From the NCBI GenBank assembly GCA_040765985.1, contig JAXGRK010000003.1:2581-66580 (forward strand): a DNA stretch of 64,000 bases. The letters are read 5' to 3'. The DNA is from Candidatus Dojkabacteria bacterium (lineage in GTDB: Bacteria; Patescibacteriota; Dojkabacteria; SC72). Shown here in pieces: positions 11,712 to 22,849 of this stretch; position 1 is the stretch's first letter; every line of letters begins with the position of its first letter. Made by a program: the position numbers and the translations under genes. Below the pieces are notes generated by a model, which made no database searches, was not told the DNA's origin, and saw only the letters and a list, made by a program, of their open reading frames with translations.

Positions 11712-13246
11712 ATGAATGAAAAAAGAAAAGTATTACTAATAATAATGGACGGATTAGGTGCTGCACCTTCAAGCAAAGGTAATGCCGTAGTATTATCAAA
11801 TCCTAAATCACTTTCCTCTTTATGGGCTACTAACCCTCATACATACCTTCTTGCCTCTGGGGAACCAGTAGGACTTCCTAAAGATATAAAAGGTAATAGT
11901 GAGGTTGGTCATATGAATATTGGTGCAGGACGACCTGTTATACAGACATTACCTAGAATTGATAAATCTATAGAGAACGGTAATTTTTTTAATAACAAGA
12001 TATTAAAAGAAGCACTTAATCATGCAAAAAATAATAACTCTAGAGTTCATCTTCTAGCCCTAGCAAGTGAGGGAGGGGTACACTCTCATACTCGTCACAT
12101 TATCTCAACAATAGAATTTTTTTCTAAAAACAATTTTAATGGTAACCTCTTTATACATGCTTTTACTGATGGAAGAGACTCAACAATAAATGATGCCACT
12201 CGTAATCTAGATCTCATTCAACAATCAATAGATAAAAATGGTCTCGGAAGTATTGCAACTCTTTGCGGTAGAGCTTGGGCAATGGATAGAAACAATAAAT
12301 GGGAAAGAACTAAACTATGCTATGATTTGTTAACTGCGAATATTGGTGATACCTGTGGTTCATATGCCCAATGTTTAATAAACTCGTATGCGAAAAATAT
12401 TACAGACGAATTCCTACGACCATCTGTATTAGTTAGAGATAGCTATATTAAAAAAAATGATGTAGTAATTTTTCTTAATTTTAGACCCGATAGAGCCGTG
12501 CAGCTATCTGAGGCACTCTTTGACCCGAATTTTAATAAATTCCCTAAAAGAGATATATCCCCAATCTTTTTTACCAGTATGGTCGAATACAAAAAACGTT
12601 TTCCTAAAAAAGTAATCTTTTCTAAACAGTATATTACCTATCCACTAGGAAACATCATCTCTACATACGGATTAAGGCAATTAAGAATTGCAGAATCAGA
12701 GAAATTTCCTCATGTAACATACTTTTTCAACGGTGGGTCTGCAATTAAGTATACTGGAGAAGACAGAATAGAAGTCCCTTCACCCAGTGTCCCAACATAT
12801 GATATACAGCCAGAGATGAGTGCTCTTAAAGTTACAGATGTTTTAATTAACCGGCTATCCCAAAATATATATGATTTTACAGTTGTAAATTTTGCTAATC
12901 CAGATATGGTCGGTCATACTGGAAATATTGAAGCCACAATTAAAGCGATTTCAACTGTAGATTACTGTGTAAACAGATTAGTAAAAGAGTTTACTGCTAG
13001 AGATGGAATTGTTGTAATTACATCGGACCACGGAAATGCAGAAGAGCTAATAAATATTGATACGAATGAAATGGATACAGAACACTCATACAATCCTGTG
13101 CCATTGTTAATTGTAGGACTTCCACTTTCTACTAACAGATTAAGATACGGATCTCTTAAAGATATTGCCCCAACAATATTAACACTAATGGATACCCTAT
13201 ACCATCTGAAATGACTGGACAATCTTTACTTCTTTCTACCTATTAA
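11712..13246 (+). CDS. gpmI: 2,3-bisphosphoglycerate-independent phosphoglycerate mutase (copy 1), C-terminal frame break
   Basis: 500-aa ORF with GNSEVGHMNIGAGR, FTDGRDS, ANPDMVGHTG and ITSDHGNAE. The last codons shift near 13188-13192; the alternate frame gives the expected PIPSEMTGQSLL ending at 13246. Confidence 0.9.
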
Positions 13247-13254
13247 GATATTTC

Positions 13255-13851
13255 TTACCCTCTTGCGATATATGCAACAACAAATAGAATGAGTAGTATT
13301 AATATTACTTTTTCATATTTTGAAACCCATCCCCCTATTACCTCCCAGTTATCACCAAATATATACCCAGTATATGTTAATATACAGTTCCATAGTAAAG
13401 AACCCAGTAGTGTATATATTGTAAATCTAATAAAGTTCATCTTAATTACTCCTGCAGGAAAAGATATTAAAGTTCTAATAATGGGAATAAGACGACCAAA
13501 AAATACAACACTATTTCCATATCTATTAAATATATCAAAGGTCTTTTCAACATCTTGTTTTTGAATAAAAAAATAGTGACCATATTTATCTAGTAATTTT
13601 AACAATGTTTTTTCTCCCCATCTACCAATAATATAAAAAGGTAAAGACCCAAGATATGCAGCAATTGTTGCGATGAAAATTACAACAAATATATTCATTC
13701 TACCCATAGATGCAACAAATCCAGAAAAAGGAAGTATTATTTCACTAGGAATCGGAGCAAAAAAACTCTCGATAAAAACCGAAAGAAAAACACCAGGATA
13801 ACCTAAAACAGATATAATATTTACTAGCCAATCTATTATACTTTGTATCAT
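13255..13851 (-). CDS. DedA/SNARE-associated family membrane protein
   Basis: Intact 198 aa, multi-TM, with the FIESFFAPIPSEIILPFSG DedA motif. Confidence 0.75.
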   Translation of the reverse strand: MIQSIIDWLVNIISVLGYPGVFLSVFIESFFAPIPSEIILPFSGFVASMGRMNIFVVIFIATIAAYLGSLPFYIIGRWGEKTLLKLLDKYGHYFFIQKQDVEKTFDIFNRYGNSVVFFGRLIPIIRTLISFPAGVIKMNFIRFTIYTLLGSLLWNCILTYTGYIFGDNWEVIGGWVSKYEKVILILLILFVVAYIARG

Positions 13852-13867
13852 AATACTAAAAATGAAA

Positions 13868-14404
13868 TTACTTCAGAGATGATATATTAAAAAGAACTGC
13901 ATTTCCAATTTCAATCATATTTAAATCAGAGAAACCACTTTTCACTTCTAGTGCATATTTAAATGGTTTCTCACTTTAAAACTTATACATTCATTCTCTC
14001 CACATGGGGGTAAATCTTTTTTAATATCTACAATATATCCTGCATAATTGATATAAATAATATCTAATGATATTAACATATCTTTCATCCAAAATGAGTA
14101 ATCCCCCTGAGTGTCAAAAATAAATAACATTCCTTGATAATCTCCCTAGCTCCTTTCTACCAGATAGACTTTGTCCTCTCAACTCTTGCGTATCAGCAAT
14201 TTCTAAACTAACAAATATTTTTTGTCCATCTTTATTTATAATCTCCAAGCTACTTTCCTGTTCATTCTCCTTTATCTCATCATTTTTAAATTCAACTATC
14301 GGATTCTCAAATGATATATCAAATAAAGAGTACTTAGTTTGAAGAAAATATAAAATTCCAAATACTAATAAAATATATAAAAGTATTTTTAATTGAGTAT
14401 TCAT
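13868..14404 (-). pseudogene. DUF192 domain protein with signal anchor, frame-disrupted
   Basis: 14114..14404 (LEIADTQELRGQSLSGR), 13948..14130 (MLFIFD...FWMKDMLISLDIIYI...PPCGENEC) and the tail KPFKYALEVKSGFSDLN lie in three frames. Confidence 0.6.
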
Positions 14405-14512
14405 ATTTAATAATATAAAAATATCTTAAAATAGACAATATTGTTTTCATAATAGACAGTACAAAATATATAATGTAAAATGCGTAAGCCATAAATTTGC
14501 ATTAACAAAAAC

Positions 14513-16717
14513 ATGCAAACCTTTGAAAAAGCCCTTAATCCAATCTATACCAGATTAAATTCCATTAACGATTTCTCATCGATTACACCTAATACTAATC
14601 TTGAAAAAGAAGAGTATCCTCATTTAGAAAAAGTAACAAATATCAATGTAGATGTTGCTAAGAAAATGATTAACAAGTTACATAACCTAGAAAAAGAATT
14701 AGAAGATCAAGCAAAGATAGTACAGATGGAAACAGATCTAGATTCTAGAAAAGATGCTGTAGGAATGTATAACAAGATACTAAGTAACATCCAAGATTGT
14801 GTAGAAAGAATTAACAGAGAGTTACTTAAAGTTGATGCTCCTTACTTTGGTAAAATACTTTTTAGAACCAATTTTAGAGGGGAGAAAAAAGATCTATCCA
14901 TATATATTGGAAAATTCGCTTTAATGGATCCTACCAATTTCAAACCATTAATCAGTGATTGGAGAGCACCAATAGCAAATATATATTATGAAAATAGCGG
15001 ACCAACAAAAAATTTACAGTACGATACCCCTATTGGAATAAAAGAAGGAGATTTGGTACAAAAAAGACAGTTTAATATCTCTGAAGCACGATTTAATCAT
15101 ATCTATGATGCAAAAAGTGGTAATGCTTCTGCTGATGAATTTTTACTTGCACAGCTTACTGAAAGATTAGGACAGAAGTTAAAAGATATTGTTGCAACAA
15201 TACAAGAACAACAAAACAAAATAATTAGAGAGAAAATCAACAAACCCGTTATTATTCAAGGAGTAGCAGGAAGTGGAAAAACAACAATCCTTTTACACCG
15301 TCTTGCATATCTCTTTTATACTTACAAAGAAAAGATACACCCTGGAAAAACTTTAATCATAGGTCCTAATAAAGTATTCCTTGATTACATATCTGATGTA
15401 TTACCTTGTTTAGGTATTGAACATGTTGAAGGAAATACATATATGTTTTGGGCAAAAAACATATTGGGCTGGGATGATTCCTACGTAATTCACGCCTCAG
15501 AAGAAGATCTAAGCATTAAAGAATTTAAAGGTAGTAAACAGTTTATTGATATTTTAGACACTTACTTCGAAGAGTTTGAATCCAATCTCTTAGACAATAT
15601 CCCATACATTCGAAAAGATATAATAAGAAGTAGATACTACGAACTCAAGGATACCCACCCATTAGTAACAATGGACGAAAGATTGTTACTTTCACTTGAA
15701 TACGCTTTTGTTCAAAAACAATTTAAAGAAAAAACCGTTGGTTCTTTTGGAAACAATAATAACTTTGAACATGAAAAAAGGAAAGAAATAATTAGATACT
15801 TTAACAGAGTTACAATCCCTATAGAAATATACAGAGATATGTTTAAAAAGGGATATGTGAAAAAACAAATCGCAAAATATACCTTAGATGGAGTAGTAAG
15901 AAGTGGTAAAAGAAAAACGTATAGAATAGAAGACCTAGCACCAATACTTTACCTACATTTAAAAATTCATGGACACACTGAATACGAAAAAGAATATGTG
16001 ATGGTAGATGAGGGACAAGATTTAAGCATTATTCAAATTTTAACTCTTCTTCAGATAGCTAAAAAACAAAATATCACTATTGCGGGTGACCTAGCACAAT
16101 CAATTATTCCCCCCTTTTATATTAAAGATTGGGATTCAGTTATTTCTCTTTTTTCAATGTTTGATATTGATAATTACTCATATCACCAATTAAATAGATG
16201 CTATAGAACAACTTTGGAAATCATTGAATATGCAAATAAAATATTTAGAGACAGATTCCCTAAGACATATAAATTACCTGAAGCCGTATTAAGACATGGT
16301 GAAGATATTAAAATATTACATAATGATAAAAACATTCTTAATATTGACCAGAAAGGAATAGATGATTTAATTTCTTTAATCAAAGATGAATTTAAAAAGG
16401 GAAGTGCAACCTGTGCACTAGTATGCCCAGATAAAGAGTATGCTAAGAAAGTATTTGAGAGAATAGCACCTTATGAAAAAAAACTTGAGAGAGATGTAAT
16501 TGATTTTTCCCAAGATGATTATAAAACTGGTTTGTTAATATTACCAATTGAAAATGCAAAAGGTTTAGAATTTGATACAGTAATAATTCTAGATATTAAT
16601 GATATTACCTATCCAGACACCGAGCTCTCTACAAGGTTACTGTATGTTGCTATTACAAGAGCCCTACATAGATTAATAATTATTGAAAATAGTAATAAGT
16701 CACCCTTACTAATATAA
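14513..16717 (+). CDS. helD: HelD-like / UvrD-family DNA helicase (helicase IV)
   Basis: Intact 734 aa. HelD-type N-terminus (APYFGKILF...IYIGKFAL...ISDWRAPIANIYYE), Walker A GVAGSGKTT, DEGQD, and a C-terminal UvrD_C motif (NAKGLEFDTVII...LYVAITRA). Confidence 0.75.
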   Translation: MQTFEKALNPIYTRLNSINDFSSITPNTNLEKEEYPHLEKVTNINVDVAKKMINKLHNLEKELEDQAKIVQMETDLDSRKDAVGMYNKILSNIQDCVERINRELLKVDAPYFGKILFRTNFRGEKKDLSIYIGKFALMDPTNFKPLISDWRAPIANIYYENSGPTKNLQYDTPIGIKEGDLVQKRQFNISEARFNHIYDAKSGNASADEFLLAQLTERLGQKLKDIVATIQEQQNKIIREKINKPVIIQGVAGSGKTTILLHRLAYLFYTYKEKIHPGKTLIIGPNKVFLDYISDVLPCLGIEHVEGNTYMFWAKNILGWDDSYVIHASEEDLSIKEFKGSKQFIDILDTYFEEFESNLLDNIPYIRKDIIRSRYYELKDTHPLVTMDERLLLSLEYAFVQKQFKEKTVGSFGNNNNFEHEKRKEIIRYFNRVTIPIEIYRDMFKKGYVKKQIAKYTLDGVVRSGKRKTYRIEDLAPILYLHLKIHGHTEYEKEYVMVDEGQDLSIIQILTLLQIAKKQNITIAGDLAQSIIPPFYIKDWDSVISLFSMFDIDNYSYHQLNRCYRTTLEIIEYANKIFRDRFPKTYKLPEAVLRHGEDIKILHNDKNILNIDQKGIDDLISLIKDEFKKGSATCALVCPDKEYAKKVFERIAPYEKKLERDVIDFSQDDYKTGLLILPIENAKGLEFDTVIILDINDITYPDTELSTRLLYVAITRALHRLIIIENSNKSPLLI

Positions 16718-16723
16718 TTAAAT

Positions 16724-17437
16724 ATGAATGTATACGGATTACTAATAGGCATTTCTGTTGTTATTGGAATAGAACTAATCAAAAAATATGAACAAGAAAT
16801 TACATATTTAAATATTCTTTTCATTCTCATACTAACATTACTTGGTGCAAGAGTGCTGTTTCTCTTACACAACATCGAAGAAATTCAAAATGGAAGTATA
16901 GATCCACTTGCAATTTTGGGATGGGGGATTGGCCTTTTACGATTGCACTAATTGGTTTTAATACTATCCATATATATCCTATCTATATATAAAAAATTTA
17001 AATTTCTTAAACTAACAGACAAAGGTATTACTTGTTCTCCCCTATTACATTCAATCGGAAGAATTGGGAATTTCTTTAATTATGAACTGTATGGAAAGCC
17101 AACCTCTCTTCCATGGGGTATATATATTCCAAAAGAGTATCGGGAACTTTCAGTAATAGATTATTCATATTTTCATCCAGTGTTTGCTTACGAATCAATA
17201 TTAAATCTATTAAATTTTTTCTTCTGTTGTATATTTCTAAAAGATTTAAAAATACAGGGTTAATAACTGCAATATACCTTATAAACTACTCAATAATTCG
17301 TTTACTCACCAACCCTATACGTATTGATAAAAGAATATTTTCTCAATTTCGAAACATCCAATCTCTTGTCAATTGTCTTTTTAACATCGGGCTTAATATT
17401 ACTTACAAAAACCTTTCTTAAAAAAAGAAATACTTAA
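16724..17437 (+). pseudogene. lgt: prolipoprotein diacylglyceryl transferase, frame-disrupted
   Basis: Fragments 16724..16951, 16952..17263 (GRIGNFFNYELYGKPTSLPWGIYIP Lgt signature) and 17113..17421, with the tail in another frame. About 3 breaks. Confidence 0.75.
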
Positions 17438-17503
17438 ATATATTGTTTCAACATTTCTTAAATTCTGATAGAATCAGAGAAATATCTTTTAAATATTAAC
17501 TCA

Positions 17504-18914
17504 TTGGAAAATCTAACCATTACACAACTTAGAGAGAAACTACTTAAGAAAACTTTAAGTGCACAAGAGATTACAACCCCACTACCTTAAACAAATAGAG
17601 AAAAGAGACAAAGAATTGAATGCATATATTACCGTATGTTCTGAAAAGCCATTGAAAATGCTAAAGATTTTGATAATAATTTAATACTCAAAAAAAATCT
17701 CGGTGGTATACCTTTAGGTATTAAAGATGTAATTAGTACAAAAGGGATTCTCACTACATGTGCATCACATATATTAGATAAATATGAGCCAGTATACGAT
17801 GCTACTGTACGCATAAACTTTTAAGAGCAAAGGTGCAATAATTCTTGGTAAACAAACCTAGATCAATTCTGTCATGGTTCTTCAACAATTACTTCATATT
17901 ACGGTCCTACAAGAAACCCGCATGATATTACAAGAATACCTGGTGGTTCAAGTGGTGGCTCAGCAGCTGCAGTAGCCGCAGATATGTGTGCTGGAGCAAT
18001 GGGTACTGAGACTGCTGGTTCAATTCGACTACCTGCTAGTTGGTGTGGAATTGTTGGATTAAAACCAAGCTATGGAAGGGTCTCAAGATATGGAGTACTC
18101 GCTATGGGTTCGTCTCTAGATAGCCCAGGACCTCTTACTAAAAGTGTTGATGATGCAGCTTTAATTCTTTCCGTTATTTCTGGCTATGATATCAAGGATT
18201 TCTCTTCTTACAATTTGCCAATACTTTGTATACACCTGATTCTTCAAAAATCAAAGGTATGAATATCTGTATACCTAAGGAGTATTTAGAACTTAATATT
18301 GATAAAGGAGTTTTAGAAAACTAACAAAGTATTGAAAAAAATTAAAAAAACTAGGCGCAAATATCTCCTATGAAAATATTTTAAATCCTGGATTTGCCAT
18401 GGCTGTATACACGATTACATGTAGAAGTGAGGTCTCTTCAAATCTCGCAAGATATGATGGAACCAGATTCGGTTTAGAGGGAGATGATAAATCTTCGATT
18501 AAAGCTTACTACGAATCTACTAGAGGAAAGGGCTTTGGACAGGAACCAAAAAGAAGAGTAATGACAGGTACCTACTCTCTTTCTGCTGGATATTCTGATG
18601 AATATTTCAAAAAATCAGAACAAGTTAGACAACTAATTAAACAAAATTTAGATGAAATACTCTCTAAATATGATTGTATTGTATCTCCTTCTACTCCAAC
18701 AACTGCATTAAAAGACAAAGATGCTGACAACCCTCTCTTTGGTGAAATGGCTGATATACTGGCTGAAGGAAGCTCTCTTGCTGGATTACCAGGAATTTCA
18801 ATTCCAAATGGTAAAGCAGATATCCTTCCAACAGGAATACAATTTGTTGGCAAAACACTAGATGAAATTACAATATTAAATGCAGCCAAGGCGTTAGAAG
18901 AGGCAAGTAACTAA
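17504..18914 (+). pseudogene. gatA: Asp/Glu-tRNA amidotransferase subunit A, frame-disrupted
   Basis: N-term LENLTITQLREKLLKK, then [28 protein letters not shown] and [16 protein letters not shown] (amidase signature) in 17984..18262. C-terminal half in 18399..18914. The start codon is uncertain. Confidence 0.85.
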
Positions 18915-19806
18915 GGTTGTAAAATATTTTCAGTTTCTCCTTCAATAGATATAACTACAGAATCAACAGTACTAAACTGTTTTAAAGTTTCAGAAATCTG
19001 AGCTCTAATAGATTCTACTTTACAACTACCTCCAACACCCTCTTGTAGTTTGTTACTTAAATCAACATATGCAATACCTTCAGAAATTGATAACGAAAGA
19101 ATTGTCACACCCGTATTTATATTTGTAAAATATCCATCACTTGTATCTTCATCGTTGGTACCTTCAAAAAGTTCATTCAAAGCAACCTGTCCAACAGCTA
19201 CTGTTTTTTCTACTTTCCTAGTAACTGGATATACTACAGAGCAATCTAACATCTCTGGATCAAGTTTACTGTTTGGAAAAAATACTTTAACACTCATTGT
19301 TTCAATATCTTCAACTGGCTTAACTGTTACCGTAATCGAAGCAGAGTCATCATTTTCTACTAAATTAGAAGCATTAGATTTCTCAAGCACTATCTTTACA
19401 ATACTCTCTTTGTCTAAATCAAGATCGAGAGTAAAAGTAAAATCCACCAAATTACTAGTCATCCATTCCCCCTTTGAAGTTGCAATTAAAGATTTAACTA
19501 TCTCTCCTTGAGTATTTAATACTCTTACTGGAAAAGTCCCTTCAAAAACCACTCTCCACTTACACGACCCTTTACTTCAAAGCCCTGATCAACAGTATCC
19601 CCGTCTTTAATATTATCTAAAATCAATATACTGCCTTTCTCAGAGAGTACCTGTTGATCAGTATTAGATACCTCATCACACATATCTGTAATTTGTTCAC
19701 ATAGCTGATATTTACAGCAGAGGTCTTTATTTTTGAGAATGTAGGCAGTACCTATTAAAAATATTGATAGTAAAAATATGCTAAATATTAATACAATATT
19801 TTTCAT
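18911..19806 (-). pseudogene. secreted Gmad2 Ig-like + GerMN domain protein, one frame break
   Basis: 19525..19806 carries the signal anchor plus GRVSGEWF. 18911..19552 carries FEGTFPVRVLNTQGE...GEWMT (Gmad2-like), then a GerMN-like C-terminus. The break is near 19540. Confidence 0.6.
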
Positions 19807-19909
19807 TACGGTATACCTTAATAAAAGTAATATACATTTTAAGTATACCTCTTACATAAAAAATTTCAATATTGAAAATAAATTCAATTTTACTTAAAAA
19901 CAGATTGAA

Positions 19910-21031
19910 TTATATATATTTTCTTAAATTTCTGAATCTGTATCTTTCAAATACTAATTGAACTTCTTCATTATTTCTTAATCTCTCGGATGCATATTCT
20001 ATTGCCGATGGGGTTTTGCGTACTGCAGCTAAAACAACTCTCCTACCATCCTTTAACCTGTCTGATGCAAATTCCAATGCCCAACCAGTATTTCTTACGG
20101 CTTTTAGCACAACACTATCATCATCTCTTAAACTATCAGATGCAAACTTTAAGTTACGACCATCATGATTAACAGCAATCAATACAATATCTTTAAGAGC
20201 TTTAATATTTTCAGAAGCGTAAGCTAAAGCACCTCCGTTTTGTTTTATAGCAACAGTCATTATTTCAATATCATCTCTATGTTTATCTGAAATATATTCA
20301 AGTGTACGAGAAGATTGATTTAAAGCTGCTAATATGACCTTCCTATCATCTTTTAATCTCTCGGATGCAAATTGTATAGCAGTACCATCCTGCTTTACTG
20401 CAAACAGTACAATATCAATATCATTTTTTAATTCTTCAGATAAATACTCCAAAGACAAACCATCTTGAGTAAGTGCTTCTTTAGCAATGTGTTTATCATT
20501 TTTCAGTCTCTCTGATGCAAACTGTATAGAGCACCCTTCACTTCTAATTGCCTCTAAAACAATCTCATAATTATCTTTTATTCTTTCAGTGGCTAAGCCC
20601 AATGTACTTCCTACACGTTTAACTGCGATACGCATAATCTTTTCATTATCTCTAAATCTCTCAGATACATATTGCAAAGACCATGGGTTGTTTTCTACAG
20701 CAATTTCTAATAACTCTTCATCCTCTTTTAATTCTTCTGAAGCATATCTAATGTATGTACCTTTTTTCTCTAAAACAGATTTAAAAACACCTTTATCACT
20801 TTGAAATTTTTCTAAGTTTTTAATAAATTTAGAACCATCTAGTAAGAAATAATCTGTATTAGGATTTTTAACTTCTTCAATGAAAAGAGCTCGTGCTTTA
20901 TCATATTCATATGCATCTAAATATATTTGATTAAAATAATCGTTTAAAATTTGGGGGTTATTTTCTGCTTCACTAAGTAGTTTGATATATTCGTATTCTC
21001 TTTCTATTGAATTTGTTTCTAGATTGCTCAT
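19910..21031 (-). CDS. DUF4116 repeat protein
   Basis: Intact 373 aa. About 9 repeats of the ASE-LK-D-E/K-IVL-AV-Q-G-AL-(Y/F) unit typical of DUF4116. Confidence 0.7.
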   Translation of the reverse strand: MSNLETNSIEREYEYIKLLSEAENNPQILNDYFNQIYLDAYEYDKARALFIEEVKNPNTDYFLLDGSKFIKNLEKFQSDKGVFKSVLEKKGTYIRYASEELKEDEELLEIAVENNPWSLQYVSERFRDNEKIMRIAVKRVGSTLGLATERIKDNYEIVLEAIRSEGCSIQFASERLKNDKHIAKEALTQDGLSLEYLSEELKNDIDIVLFAVKQDGTAIQFASERLKDDRKVILAALNQSSRTLEYISDKHRDDIEIMTVAIKQNGGALAYASENIKALKDIVLIAVNHDGRNLKFASDSLRDDDSVVLKAVRNTGWALEFASDRLKDGRRVVLAAVRKTPSAIEYASERLRNNEEVQLVFERYRFRNLRKYI

Positions 21032-21073
21032 TATTACTTTCTACAAGATAGAATAAGTTGAGTATAATCTGAG

Positions 21074-21102
21074 ATTATACTATGGGTTCACGGCTTGTTC
21101 AA
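21074..21102 (-). promoter_or_regulatory. sigma70-like promoter for the DUF4116 gene (TTGAAC-17-TATAAT)
   Basis: On the minus strand, TTGAAC (21102-21097), a 17-nt spacer, then TATAAT (21079-21074), 43 nt upstream of the ATG at 21031. The -10 lies inside the 9-bp inverted repeat 21061-21081. Confidence 0.4.
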
Positions 21103-21124
21103 TATATTAAAAGGAAAAAGAAAG

Positions 21125-21198
21125 TGAGTCGCCTGGGACTCGAACCCAGCACCTACTGCTTAAAAGGCAGTTGCTCTAACCTGATGAGCTAGCGACCC
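21125..21198 (-). tRNA. tRNA-Lys (anticodon UUU)
   Basis: Reverse complement GGGTCGC TA GCTC..GAGC A ACTGC CTTTTAA GCAGT AGGTG CTGGG TTCGAGT CCCAG GCGACTC A. Confidence 0.9.
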
Positions 21199-21242
21199 AC
21201 AACAGACATGATTATACCCCCCTTACATACATTTTTACAAGA

Positions 21243-21890
21243 TTATACAATTATTTCTTTAATTGGAGAGAAAGATCTTCTATGTAGCTGACAAATTCCA
21301 AATTCTTGTATCGCCTCTATATGTTTTTTAGTACCATATCCAACATGTTTTTCAAAACCATACTTAGGATATTTAATACCCAATCTCTTTCATATATCTA
21401 TCTCTAGTAACCTTGGCTAATATAGAAGCAGCAGATATAGAGTAATGTTTAATATCACCTTGCTTAATCTTTAACATATTGTAATCTTCGATAAGCTCGA
21501 CATTAGTACCATCCACTATCAAATACTGAGCTCTTTTACCCAACATCTTCTCTACCTCTCTTAGAGCCCCTTCCATTGCCAATCTTACTGCTTCCTGTAT
21601 TCCTACCTCATCAATTCTTTCATTACTAATCATACATACACCACAAGCAACAGAGTTAGGTAAGTAAAAAATTAAAAGATTCTTCCTCTGTTTTTCAGTC
21701 ATCTTCTTACTATCTCTTTACCATAGGTGATATCTCTGTCTTAGAATCAATTACCACTGCTCCTGCACACACAGGGCCTGCCAGAGGACCCTTCCCGCCT
21801 CATCAATGCCTACTACATATTTAATACCTTCGCTCCAAAGTTTTTGTTCTAATTCAATATCAGGAAATAATAAACATTGTAAAAATTCAT
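21243..21890 (-). pseudogene. rnhB: ribonuclease HII, frame-disrupted
   Basis: GIDEAGR then GPLAGPVCAGAVVI is restored if the C3 run at 21789-21791 were C4. The middle part is 21373..21702. The C-terminus [18 protein letters not shown] lies in a third frame. Confidence 0.8.
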
Positions 21891-21911
21891 ATATCTATGT
21901 ATCATACTACT

Positions 21912-22107
21912 ATGAAACACTTGCTAATATCAATTTACATATTTGTCTCTCTTCTCTTTATCAATAACCTGGCAAGTGTATACGCACAGGAAGAGGAAGT
22001 AACACGGTGATTCTCAAACAGTAATACAAGAAAAAGAAGATACAGATACTCAAGAAACAAAAACTCTTGATGAAGCAATTCAAGAAGATACTCCCTGCGA
22101 GTATTGA
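21912..22107 (+). pseudogene. small acidic secreted protein, one frame break
   Basis: Signal peptide MKHLLISIYIFVSLLFINNLASVYAQEEE, then a frame change near 22005 into DSQTVIQEKEDTDTQETK. Confidence 0.3.
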
Positions 22108-22255
22108 ATTAAACTTTTTTCAGATATTGGTAGCAATACTGCCCCCTCTTACATTCCTTACAATTGATACAATTTTTGATAAAGAAGTTGAAAATTGTAA
22201 TATGTATATATAATGTATATTTTAAGTATATAAATTAAATAAAATATATATAACC

Positions 22256-22617
22256 ATGAGTTCTTCAACAGATGATTTTTTCAAAGGATTGCTCTTTGGA
22301 GCAGTAATAGGTGCAACAGCAGGAATACTCTTAGCTCCAAAATCAGGTCTAGAAACAAGATCAGATATCAAGAAATTAGCCCTAGATATGAGTGATAAGT
22401 CACAAGATGTTTACTTTAAAGCAAGAAAACAGGTAGAGAGAAAGGTAAAAGATATTAAAGCTGTGGTAAAAAGATAGATTTAGAAGCATACAAAAAATTG
22501 GTAATGGAGGTAGTTGATGAAATTAAGAATGACTCCGATGTTACATCAGATACAGCTAAAAGAATTGGTATGCAACTTAATGATGATTGGAATGAGATTA
22601 AGTCTGCAGTAGTATAA
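22256..22617 (+). pseudogene. YtxH domain protein, one frame break
   Basis: GLLFGAVIGATAGILLAPKSGLETR is the YtxH motif. The C-terminal part, ending AKRIGMQLNDDWNEIKSAVV at 22617, continues in another frame. Confidence 0.55.
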
Positions 22618-22626
22618 CAAGATATT

Positions 22627-22635
22627 TGGTATAAT
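22627..22635 (+). promoter_or_regulatory. extended -10 element (TGgTATAAT) upstream of tRNA-Gly/tRNA-Thr
   Basis: TGGTATAAT at 22627-22635 ends 9 nt before the tRNA-Gly(CCC) 5' end. No good -35. Confidence 0.35.
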
Positions 22636-22644
22636 CATGCAATT

Positions 22645-22717
22645 GCGAGAGTAGTTCAATTGGTAGAATGTCTCCTTCCCAAGGAGAAGGTCGCGGGTTC
22701 GAGCCCCGTCTCTCGCT
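22645..22717 (+). tRNA. tRNA-Gly (anticodon CCC)
   Basis: GCGAGAG TA GTTC..GAAT G TCTCC TTCCCAA GGAGA AGGTC GCGGG TTCGAGC CCCGT CTCTCGC T. Confidence 0.9.
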
Positions 22718-22767
22718 TTTGTATATTGAATAAATATTCTCACTCTGTTACAATTCATGTTACAATT

Positions 22768-22840
22768 GCTGGTGTAGCTCAGTTGGTAGAGCATTCCCTT
22801 CGTAAGGGATAGGTCGACGGTTCAACTCCGCCCACCAGCT
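22768..22840 (+). tRNA. tRNA-Thr (anticodon CGU)
   Basis: GCTGGTG TA GCTC AGTTGGTA GAGC A TTCCC TTCGTAA GGGAT ... TTCAACT ... CACCAGC T. One mismatch each in the anticodon stem and T stem. Confidence 0.85.
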
Positions 22841-22849
22841 TTTAATAGT

